A DNA stretch of 64,000 nucleotides from an uncultured Alphaproteobacteria bacterium (GCA_902575375.1 CACGRD010000004.1:375-64374); one strand, 5' to 3'; counted from the first letter of the stretch, positions 1 through 11,313 are shown. Numbers and translations: made by a program. Notes: generated by a model from the letters alone, not told the origin.

Positions 1-595
1 TGATATTTCTATTTTAAATAGTTTGCCAAATAAAGAAATAAAATCAGGATATGCAGAAATAATTAAACATGCTTTAATTAATGATTATAATTTTTTTTGT
101 TGGTTAGAAAAAAATATAGATAAATTATTTAAACTAAATAAATCTTTTTTAGAAAAAGCAGTTTATAAATCAATAATGATAAAACTTTTTTATGTAAAAA
201 AAGATGAAAAAGAATCCTTATTAAATAGTCACTCTAGAGCAATGTTAAATTTTGGACACACAATTGGTCATGCTATTGAAAGCCACTATAATTATAAAAA
301 ATTTAATCATGGAGAAGCAATTTGTATAGGAATGATTACTGAAGCAAAAATATCTAATTATCTCGGTTTGCTCTCCTCTAAAGAACTTGATAGAATATTA
401 ATACATTTTAAAAAATGTAAGCTCAAAATTTTTGATAAAATAATAAAAGAAAAAAAAATAATAAAAATAATAAGTAAAGATAAAAAAAATTTTGATGATA
501 AGATTAATTTTTCAATTATAAATAAGATTGGAAGTTCTATATTTTACAAAAAACTAGATAAGAATAAAGTTTATAAAATCTTACAGAAAATTTAA
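1..595 (+). CDS. aroB: 3-dehydroquinate synthase, 5'-partial (frame is open to the window edge: DISILNSLPNKEIKSGYAE...)
   Basis: Motifs GYAEIIKHALI, RAMLNFGHTIGHAIE, HGEAICIG, DKK. Confidence 0.95.
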   Translation, partial: DISILNSLPNKEIKSGYAEIIKHALINDYNFFCWLEKNIDKLFKLNKSFLEKAVYKSIMIKLFYVKKDEKESLLNSHSRAMLNFGHTIGHAIESHYNYKKFNHGEAICIGMITEAKISNYLGLLSSKELDRILIHFKKCKLKIFDKIIKEKKIIKIISKDKKNFDDKINFSIINKIGSSIFYKKLDKNKVYKILQKI

Positions 596-1843
596 ATGGC
601 AAGTCTATTTCTTCTTTTTTTACTAATAATTCTTATAATTCTATCAGGTTTTTTATCAGGATCTGAAACTGCAATTACTGCCACTTCTAAAGCAAGAATT
701 TTATATAAGAAAAAAAAGGGTAGTAAAAGAGCTGGTTATGTGCTCGAATTACTAGATAAGAAAGATAATGTAATATCAACATTATTACTATCAAATAATC
801 TAGTTAATATTTTAGCATCTTCTCTTGCTACAGCATTTTTTTATGATCTTTTTGGAGTAGAAGGTATTTTTTATGCAACTTTAATTATGACAGTTGTAAT
901 TGTAATATTTGCTGAAGTTCTTCCTAAAACTTATGCCATTAATAGACCAAATAGAACTGCATTATTAATTGCTCCAATTATTTATTATTTAAATAAAATT
1001 TTATTTATTTTTGTATATGTAATTAATTTAATTGTAAGATTAATTTTTAGAAAAAATGATAATGATATAAAAAATAATGATCTTCAGTCAGAAGAAGAAT
1101 TAAAAGGGGTAATAGAACTATATAAAACTTCTAATCCAGATTATGAGCAAGAAAAAGATATGCTACAAAGCATATTACAGTTAAATGATATAACTGTTGA
1201 AGAAATTTTTACCCATCGAAAAAATATTTACTCAATTGATTCATCTCTAAAAACAAGTGAAATTATAAATAAGATAAATAATTCTAGATATACTCGTATT
1301 CCATTTTGGAAAAACAATCCTGAAAATATTATTGGACTGTTAAATGTAAGAACCTTAAATATAGATTTAAAAAATCATAATGAATCAAAGGAAATTATTT
1401 TTGATAAAATTTCTAATCCATGGTTTATTCCTGAAACAACAAACCTATTAGAACAATTAGTTGAATTTAAAAAAAGAAAAGAGCATTTAGCTTTTGTGGT
1501 TGATGAATATGGTGAATTACTTGGAATAATTACATTAGAGGATATAATCGAAGAAATTGTTGGTGAAATAGTTGATGAAATTGATATTCCTGAAAATAAT
1601 TTTAAACTTAATAATTATGGGAAAATTATAATAAGTGGAGAAAAAAATATTAGAGATTTATATAAAAGCTTTGATTTAGATCCACCAGAAATCGAATCAT
1701 CAACTATTGCAGGATACATTTTAGATATATCGAAGAAAATACCATCTTATGGGGAATCTTATAATGATAATTATTTTAATTTTAAAATTTTATCTCATTC
1801 AAAAAAACAAATATCAAAAGTTGAAATTTCTAAAATTAGTTAA
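596..1843 (+). CDS. HlyC/CorC (CNNM/DUF21 + CBS pair + CorC) Mg/Co transporter-associated protein
   Basis: N-terminal TM segments with SGSETA, LLSNNLVNI and FAEVLPK; CBS motifs YTRIP and VVDEYG..GIITLEDIIEEIVGEI. Confidence 0.92.
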   Translation: MASLFLLFLLIILIILSGFLSGSETAITATSKARILYKKKKGSKRAGYVLELLDKKDNVISTLLLSNNLVNILASSLATAFFYDLFGVEGIFYATLIMTVVIVIFAEVLPKTYAINRPNRTALLIAPIIYYLNKILFIFVYVINLIVRLIFRKNDNDIKNNDLQSEEELKGVIELYKTSNPDYEQEKDMLQSILQLNDITVEEIFTHRKNIYSIDSSLKTSEIINKINNSRYTRIPFWKNNPENIIGLLNVRTLNIDLKNHNESKEIIFDKISNPWFIPETTNLLEQLVEFKKRKEHLAFVVDEYGELLGIITLEDIIEEIVGEIVDEIDIPENNFKLNNYGKIIISGEKNIRDLYKSFDLDPPEIESSTIAGYILDISKKIPSYGESYNDNYFNFKILSHSKKQISKVEISKIS

Positions 1844-2090
1844 TTTTTATCTCTAATGAATGAAGTCCACTTTTAAACTCCTCTTCAAGTAAATTATTTA
1901 TAATTCTATGAATATTGACTCTATTTATGGGTATTTTATTTTTTTTTGTTAAAATAATTTTAATATGTGTCTCATTATTGCCTGTAAAATTGTTATGACC
2001 TTTATGTAAGTTTGAATTATCAACAATTTCTAATAGAAAATTGTCAAATTTATTTGATAATATTTTATCAATTCTTTGCTTACGATTCAT
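1836..2090 (-). CDS. bolA: BolA family protein
   Basis: 84 aa with DNSNLHKGH, ETH, RVNIHR and GLHSLEI. Confidence 0.88.
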   Translation of the reverse strand: MNRKQRIDKILSNKFDNFLLEIVDNSNLHKGHNNFTGNNETHIKIILTKKNKIPINRVNIHRIINNLLEEEFKSGLHSLEIKIN

Positions 2091-2113
2091 TATTTTTAAA
2101 CTATATATTACGT

Positions 2114-2701
2114 GTGGGTAAACATAAAATAGATATTAATAAAAATAGTCTTTCTTGGGAAAAAACTTTTTTTAGAAAATGTGACAAGAATGATTGTAAT
2201 AATGAAGGGAAGTTTAAAGCTCCAAAATCTAGAGTATTATTAAATCAGTATTATTATTTTTGTATGCAACATATTAAGGAATACAATAAGTCATGGGATT
2301 TTTATAAAGGATTATCAGTTAATGAAATTGAAAATTCAATGAGAGAAGATATTATTTGGAACAGGCCATCTTGGCCATTAAAGGGAAATTATAACAAAGT
2401 AATGGATCAAATTAACAATTTTTTTAACGAAGAAATTAATGATTTAAATCCAAATGAACGAGATAATAATTACTTCAGAAATAAGCTGGTTGATGAAAAT
2501 CTTACAAAAGAAGAAAGTAAAGCTCTATCATTATTCAATCTAGATCTACCATTGACATTGGATAAAATTAAAAAAACTTACAAAAAACTAGTGAAAATAT
2601 TTCACCCTGATGTAAATGGTAACGATAAAAAAGCTGAAGAGAAGTTTAAGGAAATAAATAACTCATACAAAATACTATTAAAAAAATTTAAAAATGACTG
2701 A
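2114..2701 (+). CDS. J-domain (DnaJ-like) protein with N-terminal Cys motif; probable start is the in-frame GTG at 2114
   Basis: C-terminal J domain IKKTYKKLVKIFHPDVNG...FKEINNSY; N-terminal CDKNDC...APKSR...FCMQHIKEYNKSWDFY. The ORF-track start (2012) overlaps bolA. Confidence 0.85.
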   Translation: MGKHKIDINKNSLSWEKTFFRKCDKNDCNNEGKFKAPKSRVLLNQYYYFCMQHIKEYNKSWDFYKGLSVNEIENSMREDIIWNRPSWPLKGNYNKVMDQINNFFNEEINDLNPNERDNNYFRNKLVDENLTKEESKALSLFNLDLPLTLDKIKKTYKKLVKIFHPDVNGNDKKAEEKFKEINNSYKILLKKFKND

Positions 2702-3677
2702 TAAAAAAAATATAGAAATATCTCCTAGTATCAAAATTGATCCCAAAGAATTATTTGGGGTCTCCTGTGAGTTTGAGGTTTATAAGTTTAAAGAAAAAAC
2801 TGAATACGTACCAGAAATAGATCAAACATATATTTTTGATCCAGCTACAACTCTTTCAATACTGGCAGGGTTTTCTTCTAATAGAAGAGTTTTGATTCAA
2901 GGATACCATGGTACAGGTAAATCTACTCATATTGAACAAGTAGCTGCGAGACTTAACTGGCCATGCATAAGAATTAATCTAGATAGTCATATCAGCAGAA
3001 TAGATTTAATAGGCAAAGATGCAATTATTCTTAAAGATAATAAACAAGTAACAGAGTTTCAAGATGGTATACTACCTTGGTCTTACAAAAATCCAGTAGC
3101 TTTAGTCTTTGATGAGTATGATGCTGGCAGACCAGATGTTATGTTTGTTATTCAGCGTATTCTAGAGTCAGAAGGAAAGTTAACTTTACTTGATCAATCA
3201 AGAGTAATTAAACCCCACAAATTTTTTAGATTGTTTGCCACGGCTAACACAGTTGGTCTTGGTGATACATCTGGTTTGTATCATGGCACCCAACAAATAA
3301 ACCAAGGTCAAATGGATAGATGGAATATTGTATCAACATTGAATTATCTAAGTAATGATCAAGAAATAAAAATTATTTTAAGTAAAATAAAGAAACTCAA
3401 CAATAAGGATGGCAAAGACATTGTTAAATGTATGGTAGCTACTGCAGATCTTTCGAGATCAGGATTTATTAACGGCGATATTTCAACTGTTATGAGCCCA
3501 AGAACTGTTTTGACATGGGCAGAAAACTACCTTCTATTCAATGATATTGAATATTCTTTTAAACTATCTTTTTTAAATAGATGTGATGAAATGGAGAGAT
3601 CTATCTTACAAGAATATTTTCAAAGATCATTTGGAATTGATATTACTGATGCTAAAGTAGTTAATGTCAAAGAATAG
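2694..3677 (+). CDS. cobS: CobS-type AAA+ ATPase (cobaltochelatase CobS family)
   Basis: Walker [22 protein letters not shown], Walker [31 protein letters not shown]. Confidence 0.95.
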   Translation: MTDKKNIEISPSIKIDPKELFGVSCEFEVYKFKEKTEYVPEIDQTYIFDPATTLSILAGFSSNRRVLIQGYHGTGKSTHIEQVAARLNWPCIRINLDSHISRIDLIGKDAIILKDNKQVTEFQDGILPWSYKNPVALVFDEYDAGRPDVMFVIQRILESEGKLTLLDQSRVIKPHKFFRLFATANTVGLGDTSGLYHGTQQINQGQMDRWNIVSTLNYLSNDQEIKIILSKIKKLNNKDGKDIVKCMVATADLSRSGFINGDISTVMSPRTVLTWAENYLLFNDIEYSFKLSFLNRCDEMERSILQEYFQRSFGIDITDAKVVNVKE

Positions 3678-5445
3678 TGAAATTATTGAAGATTTTAAAA
3701 AGTCATTAAGTGCAGCAATAAAATCTATAGGAAAAAAAGAGGATATAGAGATTAATTTTGTTAAAGAAAATTCTTCAATTATAGGTAACACTATAAATTT
3801 AACTGAACCAAAAATTGAAAATTTTAATAATAATCTAGAATATATAAGAGCTGAAGCGGACTCTTTTGCACTTGAATTCAGACTGCATTCAAAAGACATA
3901 CACCAAAACTTCTTAAATCAAGATGAATTATCAAACCAAATAATTAATGTTTTAGAGCAGGCACGAGTAGAAGCTATTGGTAGTAATGAATTCAAGGGAA
4001 TACAAAAAAATCTAAAGAGCAAGTATATTAGAGATCTTAAAATAGAAAATACTAAAAAAGATCAAAATTTATTAATAAAAGCATTTAAAAACGTAGCATT
4101 TGAAGAAATTGTTGGAGTAGATTTAGGTGAAAATAATAGTAGTTTTAAAAATATTGTAAAAGAAAAATTAAAAAAGGATTATTCAAACTTTTTTATAGAT
4201 TTAAAGAAATGTTTATACGATCAAGAGAAATATACATCCACAATAGTTGAAAAACTAGATGAACTTGGATTACTTAATAACAATGTAAACAATACTCAAA
4301 GCGATGATATTAATCAAAATGATGAGGATCAAGAAAATGAAAATGAAAATAATGATGAACAAAAAAATGATGAGCAAACTGACTCAAATATTGAAATGCA
4401 AACAAGTGAAACAACGGTTGAGCAGTCAGTTTCATTAGAAGAAAATGATGATATGGGAGAAGAAAGTGGGGATACTGAACTTGATTATTTACCAGATAGA
4501 AAAATTTTAAAGAATTTAGAAAATTATAAAGTTTTTGATTATAATTTTGATGAAATTATTAACGCTGAAGAACTTTGTGATATCAAAGAATTAGAGAAAC
4601 TTAGAAGAAATCTTGATCAACAAGTATTTTCTTTTCAACCATTAATTGTTAAAATTGCCAATAGACTGCAAAGAAAACTTTTAGCTCAGCAAAATCGTCA
4701 TTGGGATTTTAATATGGAAGAGGGTTTTCTCGATACATCAAGATTAGCTAAAATTATTGCTAATCCAAATAATAAATTAAGCTACAAAATAGAAAAGGAA
4801 GTTGAATTTAAAGATACTATTGTGAGTCTTCTAATTGATAATTCTGGTTCAATGAGAGGCAGACCAATTACAGTTGCTGCTCTTTGTTCAGATATTTTAG
4901 CAAAAACATTAGAAAGATGCTTAATTAAATCTGAAATATTAGGGTTTACAACCAAAGCTTGGAAGGGAGGTAACTCTAGAGAAAAATGGATAAAAAATGG
5001 AAAGCCTTCTAATCCAGGCAGGTTAAATGATCTAAGACATATTATTTATAAATCTGCAGACTCACCATGGAGGAGGTCAAAGAAAAATTTGGGATTATTA
5101 TTGAAAGAGGGAATTTTGAAGGAAAATGTCGATGGAGAAGCTTTATCATGGGCTTACAATAGATTATCTTTTCGAAAGGAAAAAAGAAAAATTCTTATTG
5201 TTATAAGTGATGGTGCTCCAGTTGATGACTCAACACTTTCTGTAAATCCAGGTAATTATTTAGAAAAAAATTTGAGAGATATAATTTTTGAAATTGAAAA
5301 AAAAGATGAAATTGAATTAATTGCTATAGGAATTGGGCATGATGTTTCAAGATACTATAGTAAGGCTGTAACAATAATGGATGTCGATCAGTTAGGAGAA
5401 GTTTTACTAAATCAGTTATCTTCTACTTTTCATTTAGATAATTAA
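3664..5445 (+). CDS. cobT: CobT-type vWA protein
   Basis: Acidic linker, [62 protein letters not shown]. Confidence 0.95.
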   Translation: MSKNSEIIEDFKKSLSAAIKSIGKKEDIEINFVKENSSIIGNTINLTEPKIENFNNNLEYIRAEADSFALEFRLHSKDIHQNFLNQDELSNQIINVLEQARVEAIGSNEFKGIQKNLKSKYIRDLKIENTKKDQNLLIKAFKNVAFEEIVGVDLGENNSSFKNIVKEKLKKDYSNFFIDLKKCLYDQEKYTSTIVEKLDELGLLNNNVNNTQSDDINQNDEDQENENENNDEQKNDEQTDSNIEMQTSETTVEQSVSLEENDDMGEESGDTELDYLPDRKILKNLENYKVFDYNFDEIINAEELCDIKELEKLRRNLDQQVFSFQPLIVKIANRLQRKLLAQQNRHWDFNMEEGFLDTSRLAKIIANPNNKLSYKIEKEVEFKDTIVSLLIDNSGSMRGRPITVAALCSDILAKTLERCLIKSEILGFTTKAWKGGNSREKWIKNGKPSNPGRLNDLRHIIYKSADSPWRRSKKNLGLLLKEGILKENVDGEALSWAYNRLSFRKEKRKILIVISDGAPVDDSTLSVNPGNYLEKNLRDIIFEIEKKDEIELIAIGIGHDVSRYYSKAVTIMDVDQLGEVLLNQLSSTFHLDN

Positions 5446-6641
5446 GAATTGAACCATTTCTTTTTTGCATTATCAAAATCATTATTATCAATTGAGCTTC
5501 TAATTTCTTTCATAAGATTATTCATAAAATATATATTATGATTAGTTAGAAGTTGTAATCCTAGTAATTCATGTGCAGAAAAAAGATGATACAAATATGC
5601 CAGTGTAAAGTTCTTACACGTATAGCAATTACACTCATTATCTATTGGGTTAAAATTATTTTTATATTTAACATTTTTTAAGTTTATTTTTCCCTGTTTA
5701 CCTTTTACTAAAGCTGATCCATGTCTAGCAATTCTAGTTGGGCTTACACAATCAAATGTATCAATTCCATCTGCAACAAAATCCCATATATCCCTTGGAT
5801 CACCAATACCTAGCAAATGCACTGGACGAGAAATATCTAATTTAGAAGAAGTAAAACGTACTATATCTTTCATTTCATCTTTATTTGATCCTAAACTACC
5901 ACCAATTGCAATTCCAAAAGTATTGATTTTTTCTGTGTTAAATTCAATGCTTTCTTCTCTTAAATCCTTGTAAATTCCACCCTGAATGATCCCGTACATC
6001 TCTTGTCTACCTGCTGAGCCATTTTTAGGATTATAATTAAGTTTAGAGTTAAACGTATTGATTGATCTTAAAGACCATCTATGACTTCTTAACATAGAAT
6101 CAGATGTATACATTTTATCTACATTGTAAGGAGTGCACTCATCAAAAACTAAGATGAAGTCTGCGCCAAGATTTCTTTGAACCTCTATTGATTTTTCAGG
6201 AGATAACATATGAGTAGAACCATCTATATAAGACTTAAATAATGCACCCTCTTCATTCAGATTTATTAAAGTTTTTTTATTTTTTGAATTTGTTTTTCGC
6301 CCTTTTATTTCATCAGCAACTGAACCATGTCCAAGAGAAAAAATTTGAAATCCACCACTATCTGTTAACATAGGCCCATCCCAACCCGTAAATTTATGAA
6401 GACCTCCATGCTGAGCTATTAGTTCACTTCCTGGTTGAAGCATTAAATGATAAGTATTTGATAATATAATCTGTGAATTATTTTCTTTTGCGTCCTTTGT
6501 AGTAAAAGATTTTAAAGCTGCTTTTGTTGCACAAAATATAAACGCTGGTGTTTTAATTTCACCATGGGGGGTATATATTACTCCAGTTCTTGCATTTGAA
6601 CCACTAGACTTATTTTTAATTGACCAATTAAAATCTTTCAT
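5442..6641 (-). CDS. tgt: tRNA-guanine(34) transglycosylase with a Chlamydia-like pocket motif
   Basis: [34 protein letters not shown], Zn site CNCYTC...HN; pocket motif AIGGSLG. Confidence 0.96.
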   Translation of the reverse strand: MKDFNWSIKNKSSGSNARTGVIYTPHGEIKTPAFIFCATKAALKSFTTKDAKENNSQIILSNTYHLMLQPGSELIAQHGGLHKFTGWDGPMLTDSGGFQIFSLGHGSVADEIKGRKTNSKNKKTLINLNEEGALFKSYIDGSTHMLSPEKSIEVQRNLGADFILVFDECTPYNVDKMYTSDSMLRSHRWSLRSINTFNSKLNYNPKNGSAGRQEMYGIIQGGIYKDLREESIEFNTEKINTFGIAIGGSLGSNKDEMKDIVRFTSSKLDISRPVHLLGIGDPRDIWDFVADGIDTFDCVSPTRIARHGSALVKGKQGKINLKNVKYKNNFNPIDNECNCYTCKNFTLAYLYHLFSAHELLGLQLLTNHNIYFMNNLMKEIRSSIDNNDFDNAKKKWFNS

Positions 6642-6661
6642 TAGTTTTTTAAAAACTAATT

Positions 6662-7498
6662 TTAACCCATTTCAGGAGAGGAATTTTTTTCTTGCGGAAT
6701 AAAATACTTGGCTAGATAAACAAAAGGAGTATCGAGAAGAGCTATAAATACTCTTAGTAAATAAACTCCTAAAATGAATGTCATAATAACATCACTAAGT
6801 GGAAAAGGATTAGGATTTAAAATTATCCAAGCAAAAATACTGAAAATTGTATTGTCAATTAATGAAGATACAGCAGTAGAAACATTGTTTCTCAACCAAA
6901 GTAATTTGTTTGAGCTAATAGTTTTTAAATAATTAAAAAACCAAATATCAAAATATTGGCTTATTAAGTAAGCTATCATACTTGCAACAAATATACTTGT
7001 CATTGGAGTAAATAAGATTGCTAAACTATTTTGCACCATAGATACCCACTCACCTTCAGCTGGCTGAATACCAATTGTCACTAACATCAAAATGGTCATC
7101 AGGAAAAAACTGCAAAAACCTATGAGAACATTTGTTCTTGCTTTTTCTTTACCATAATATTCTGACAGTATATCAGTACACAAAAAAGTTGAGGCAAATA
7201 ATATTGTCCCCAAAGCTATTGGACTTGGCTCATAAAATGGAATAATTTTTTCATTTATTGAAGAGAAAAAATTAAAATTAGCTTGTTTTAATACTTGGAT
7301 ATTAGCTGCAATAATTGCTATAGCAGAGTAAACATACAAACCAACATACCCAAATAATCTTAAAAAAACTAGTATGGAAAGAAAACACAATATTAACATA
7401 ATAAACCAAACTACTTCAGTATTTTGATTTGATATTAAGTTAATTATATTTTGAGGTACCGAAGATATTAGAGTTTTAATGCCAGTTAAAACGTCCAT
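6662..7498 (-). CDS. yhhQ: Queuosine precursor transporter (YhhQ/VUT family)
   Basis: Multi-TM protein with ANIQVLK, TDILSEYYG, ASMIAYLISQYFD, WLRNNVST.VS.LIDN and LLDTPF; lies directly upstream of tgt. Confidence 0.92.
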   Translation of the reverse strand: MDVLTGIKTLISSVPQNIINLISNQNTEVVWFIMLILCFLSILVFLRLFGYVGLYVYSAIAIIAANIQVLKQANFNFFSSINEKIIPFYEPSPIALGTILFASTFLCTDILSEYYGKEKARTNVLIGFCSFFLMTILMLVTIGIQPAEGEWVSMVQNSLAILFTPMTSIFVASMIAYLISQYFDIWFFNYLKTISSNKLLWLRNNVSTAVSSLIDNTIFSIFAWIILNPNPFPLSDVIMTFILGVYLLRVFIALLDTPFVYLAKYFIPQEKNSSPEMG

Positions 7499-7505
7499 AA
7501 TTCTA

Positions 7506-7787
7506 TTAAGATGATTTATTAAGAATAGTTTTTTTAAGTTTTTTGGCTTTTAACGGTAATTTTGCATTAGGTGTACTAATTAGAAATTCATCAAACCCAC
7601 CTTTTTTTTCAACTGTTCTAATAGTACTAACAGCAACTTTCATTTGAAATTTTTGACCCAAAACTTCACTAACAAAAGTTATATTCTGAAGATTTGGTTT
7701 AAAACGTCTTTTTGTTCTATTTTTAGCATGACTCACGTTGTTGCCTGTTTGAAACGATTTTCCAGTTAATTCACATCTCATTGACAT
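7506..7787 (-). CDS. rpmB: 50S ribosomal protein L28
   Basis: MSMRCELTGK..QTGNNVSHAKNRTKRRFKPNLQ. Confidence 0.97.
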   Translation of the reverse strand: MSMRCELTGKSFQTGNNVSHAKNRTKRRFKPNLQNITFVSEVLGQKFQMKVAVSTIRTVEKKGGFDEFLISTPNAKLPLKAKKLKKTILNKSS

Positions 7788-7797
7788 AATGAAACTG

Positions 7798-7825
7798 CAT
7801 GTAAATATAAATATTACTTTGTCAA
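7798..7825 (-). promoter_or_regulatory. Putative sigma70 promoter of rpmB-yhhQ-tgt
   Basis: Perfect TTGACA (7825-7820), 16-nt spacer, weak -10 TACATG, 10 nt before the ATG. Confidence 0.4.
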
Positions 7826-7830
7826 GTATT

Positions 7831-8667
7831 CTAAATACTAAATTTATCTATGATATAAGTTGGGACTATTTGATGGTTTTTAATTAAATTATTTATTTGA
7901 GTTAAATCTTTATGAATACCAGATTTTACTAAAACACTATCTATTTCAAAATTATTTGCACCTTTAATGTCATGAAATAATGAATCTCCAATAGCTACTG
8001 TTCTTTTTTTTTCTAGATTAATTTGCTTTGTGGTTTCAGTGTAAATATTTACATCGGGTTTACCTTTTATAATTACATTTCCTCCCATTTTTTTATATAT
8101 TTCACCAATAGCACCCATACAGAAAACATTATTATTACTATTTTTTTCAACTGTTTCAAAGTCAGGGTTTGCACAATACATTGTGATTTCTTTTTTGTAA
8201 GCTACTTCTAATAATGGAATATAGTCTATTGGTTTTAAATTTACAAAAGGAGTACAAGCTAAAATTAAATCTGCTTCTTCTATTTTTTCTACAAAGTCAA
8301 AATTTAAACCATCTCTGAAATCTACACCGTCCTCTTTTTCTTTATCATAAATATGAAAGCAATTTTTTTTATTTTTATCATCTAAAAATTTTTTTTTAAG
8401 TAATTGCCAAATCATTTCTCCACTTGTCAATGTGTTTGTAAAAGATTTTTTTCTAAAACCAAGTTTTGGCAATCTATCTATAGATGACTTTGATCTTTTT
8501 GATGAATTTGAAATTATAAACAAATTTTTATTATTACTATTGAGAATATTAATAGAATTAAAAGCATGATCATATCCAAATGTTCCATCATGCATTACGC
8601 CCCATTGATCAATTATAAAATTGTCATAATCTTTAATAATTTCTTCAATGGAATTTATTGTTTTCAC
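7831..8667 (-). CDS. HAD-superfamily class IIA hydrolase (TIGR01459-like)
   Basis: Motif I IIDQWGVMHDG, ISNSS, CANPD, GKP, AIGDSLFHDIKGA. Confidence 0.9.
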   Translation of the reverse strand: MKTINSIEEIIKDYDNFIIDQWGVMHDGTFGYDHAFNSINILNSNNKNLFIISNSSKRSKSSIDRLPKLGFRKKSFTNTLTSGEMIWQLLKKKFLDDKNKKNCFHIYDKEKEDGVDFRDGLNFDFVEKIEEADLILACTPFVNLKPIDYIPLLEVAYKKEITMYCANPDFETVEKNSNNNVFCMGAIGEIYKKMGGNVIIKGKPDVNIYTETTKQINLEKKRTVAIGDSLFHDIKGANNFEIDSVLVKSGIHKDLTQINNLIKNHQIVPTYIIDKFSI

Positions 8668-8669
8668 TA

Positions 8670-9725
8670 CTAGACCGATTTACCAATAACTTCAGATACA
8701 TTTTTATATCCATCAGTTTTAATCAGGTCGATCAAGTCACCTTTCATACTATTAATTAATTTTGGACCAGAATAAACCAAAGCGGTATATAGCTGAACTA
8801 AAGAAGCACCAGATTTAATTTTTTCATAACAGTCTCTTCCACTTGATATACCACCTACTCCTATTAAAGGTATTTGACCATTTGTTAATTCATACATTTT
8901 TTTCAAAACTAAATTTGAATTGTTATAAAGAGGTATACCACTAAGACCCCCTTTTTTTTCTTTATTTAAGGAAATTAAATTACTCTCTCTTTTTATAGTA
9001 CTATTTGTAAGTATTAGTCCATCTATGTTATTAGCCAAGGAAATTAAAGCTATATCTCTAAGCTGATCTTCATTTAAATCAGGTGAAATTTTAATTAATA
9101 TTGGCTTAGTATTAATATTTTTTATTTCATCTCTTTTGTCTATAATTTTTTTAATTAAATTTTCTATCTTTCCTCGCAATTGCAGGTCTCTCAACCCTTC
9201 AGTATTTGGCGAGGATATGTTTATAGTAATATAACTTGCTAAATCACCTAACTCTTCTAAACCTATTAGATAATCCTCAATAGCTTCACTTGAATTTTTA
9301 TTTTTTCCAATATTAACTCCTACAATCTTATTATTTAAATATGATTTTTGGTGTTTAATTAAATTTTTTTTTACTTCTATAATTCCCTTATTATTAAATC
9401 CTAAACTATTGATGATTGCTTTATCTTCACTTAATCTAAATACTCTAGGTTTAGAATTACCACTTTGTGGTTTTGGAGTGATTGTACCAACTTCAAGAAA
9501 ACCAAAACCAAACGAAAACATTGAATGCATCACTTCAGCATTTTTATCAAAACCTGCAGCAAGTCCTATAGGATTTACAAAATCTAAACCCATTAAATGT
9601 TGTGAAAGAATTGAGTCCTCAATATTTTTTTGTCTTAATTTAAAATATTTTAAAAGATTAATTGTAATAGTATGAGATAACTCGGGCGGTAATAATCTTA
9701 ATATTTTTAAAGAACTATTGTACAA
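8670..9725 (-). CDS. pyrD: Quinone-dependent dihydroorotate dehydrogenase (class 2)
   Basis: GLAAGFDKNAE, GTITPKPQSGN.KPRVFRL, NISSPNTEGLR, KISPD, GASLVQLYT. Confidence 0.96.
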   Translation of the reverse strand: MYNSSLKILRLLPPELSHTITINLLKYFKLRQKNIEDSILSQHLMGLDFVNPIGLAAGFDKNAEVMHSMFSFGFGFLEVGTITPKPQSGNSKPRVFRLSEDKAIINSLGFNNKGIIEVKKNLIKHQKSYLNNKIVGVNIGKNKNSSEAIEDYLIGLEELGDLASYITINISSPNTEGLRDLQLRGKIENLIKKIIDKRDEIKNINTKPILIKISPDLNEDQLRDIALISLANNIDGLILTNSTIKRESNLISLNKEKKGGLSGIPLYNNSNLVLKKMYELTNGQIPLIGVGGISSGRDCYEKIKSGASLVQLYTALVYSGPKLINSMKGDLIDLIKTDGYKNVSEVIGKSV

Positions 9726-9729
9726 TAAA

Positions 9730-11313
9730 TTAATTATCTATTAATTTTTTTAGATAATCAATAGTTTCTCTTAATCCAAATAATTTAAAAAATGATCCTA
9801 GTCTAGGGCCTTGATCCTGACCAAGCATAACTTGATATACTAGTTTAAAAAAATCTTTTAAGTTTTCAAATTCATGCCTTTTTCCTACTTCGTATAATAA
9901 TGTTTGAATATCTTCAGATGAACTGTTTTCAGTAACATCATTTTCTAGAACTTTAATAATATCAATAAATACCTCTTTATTGCTACCATCAATCTCTAAA
10001 AATTTCTTTTTAGGCAAAATAAAATCTTCATAGTAATTAAGAGCAAAATCTATAAGGCGGTCAAATTCAGGATTGTTATCAGCATTAATATTATCATCAT
10101 ATTTATTAATAAAAGACCATATTACTTTTTTATCTTTAGAATTAGAAACATTTACTAGGTTGGTAAGGGTATTGAAATTTATTTCTGATTTAAATTCTTT
10201 TGGTTTTCCTGAATGAATATGCCAAATTGGATTATCATACTGTTTATTTTTATCTAATTTTGAATAAGAATTATAATGAGCAAGATAATCATCTACAGTT
10301 TTAGGAATTATATCAAAGTGAAGCTTCTTTGCTGATTTTGGTTTTTGGAACATATAGAGTGCAAGACTCTCAGGAGATGCGTAACGCAGCCACTCATCTA
10401 CACTAATACCATTTCCAACTGACTTAGAAATTTTTTCACCTTTTTCATCTAAAAACATTTCATAAATTAAATTAGTTGGTGCTTTTTTATTTAATGCTCT
10501 ACAAATCTTAGATCCTAAATCAACACTTTCTGTAAGATCTTTACCGCACATTTCATAATCAACATCAAACGCCATCCATCTCATTGCCCAATCGACTTTC
10601 CACTGTAACTTACATTTTCCATTAATTACTTCTGTTTCAACTAACTTGTTTAAAGATGAATCTTTGTAAATAATTGTTTTTGAATCCATTTTATATTCTT
10701 CAATTTTTACCTGAAGAACCTCACCTGAATTTTCACTTATTGGGAGAAATGGACTATAAGTTTCTTTTCTCTCTGTCCTTAAGGTAGGTAGAATAATATC
10801 TAATATTTTTTGATAGTTTTCAAATATACTTAATATTGTTTCATTAAAATCTCCATTTTGATATTTTTCTGTTGAACTAACAAACTCATAGTCAAAATTA
10901 AATTCATCTAAAAAACTTCTAAGTTTTGCATTATTATGATGTCCAAAACTTTCAAATTTACCAAATGGATCTGGTATGGAAGTAAGTGGCTTACCTATAA
11001 ATTTTTCTAACATTTCTTTATTTGGAACATTTTCAGGAACTTTTCTTAATCCATCCATGTCATCAGAAAATGTGATCAGTTTTGTTGGGCAATCAATAAT
11101 AGAGCTAAATGCATTTTTTACCATTGATGTTCTTACAACTTCACCAAAAGTTCCAATATGAGGTAAACCTGAGGGGCCATAACCGGTTTCTAATAATACA
11201 TATCCCTTGGATGGAATTTTAAAGTTTTGTAAACCACCATTTGTTTTAATGATTTGTAATGCTTCTTTAAAAGGCCAAGATTTTAAGGATTGTACTAATT
11301 TTTGATCAATCAT
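9730..11313 (-). CDS. lysS: Lysyl-tRNA synthetase, class I
   Basis: HIGH-like ETGYGPSGLPHIGTFGEV and KMSKS-like KISKSVGN; KLQWKVDW; GPRLG. Confidence 0.96.
   Translation of the reverse strand: MIDQKLVQSLKSWPFKEALQIIKTNGGLQNFKIPSKGYVLLETGYGPSGLPHIGTFGEVVRTSMVKNAFSSIIDCPTKLITFSDDMDGLRKVPENVPNKEMLEKFIGKPLTSIPDPFGKFESFGHHNNAKLRSFLDEFNFDYEFVSSTEKYQNGDFNETILSIFENYQKILDIILPTLRTERKETYSPFLPISENSGEVLQVKIEEYKMDSKTIIYKDSSLNKLVETEVINGKCKLQWKVDWAMRWMAFDVDYEMCGKDLTESVDLGSKICRALNKKAPTNLIYEMFLDEKGEKISKSVGNGISVDEWLRYASPESLALYMFQKPKSAKKLHFDIIPKTVDDYLAHYNSYSKLDKNKQYDNPIWHIHSGKPKEFKSEINFNTLTNLVNVSNSKDKKVIWSFINKYDDNINADNNPEFDRLIDFALNYYEDFILPKKKFLEIDGSNKEVFIDIIKVLENDVTENSSSEDIQTLLYEVGKRHEFENLKDFFKLVYQVMLGQDQGPRLGSFFKLFGLRETIDYLKKLIDN

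Noticed and set aside
2012..2113. N-terminal extension of the J-domain ORF
   Set aside because: Overlaps bolA on the opposite strand; the GTG at 2114 is more plausible
4290..4480. Low-complexity GAAAAT/AATGAT repeats
   Set aside because: Normal acidic linker of CobT; not a CRISPR array or tandem repeat element
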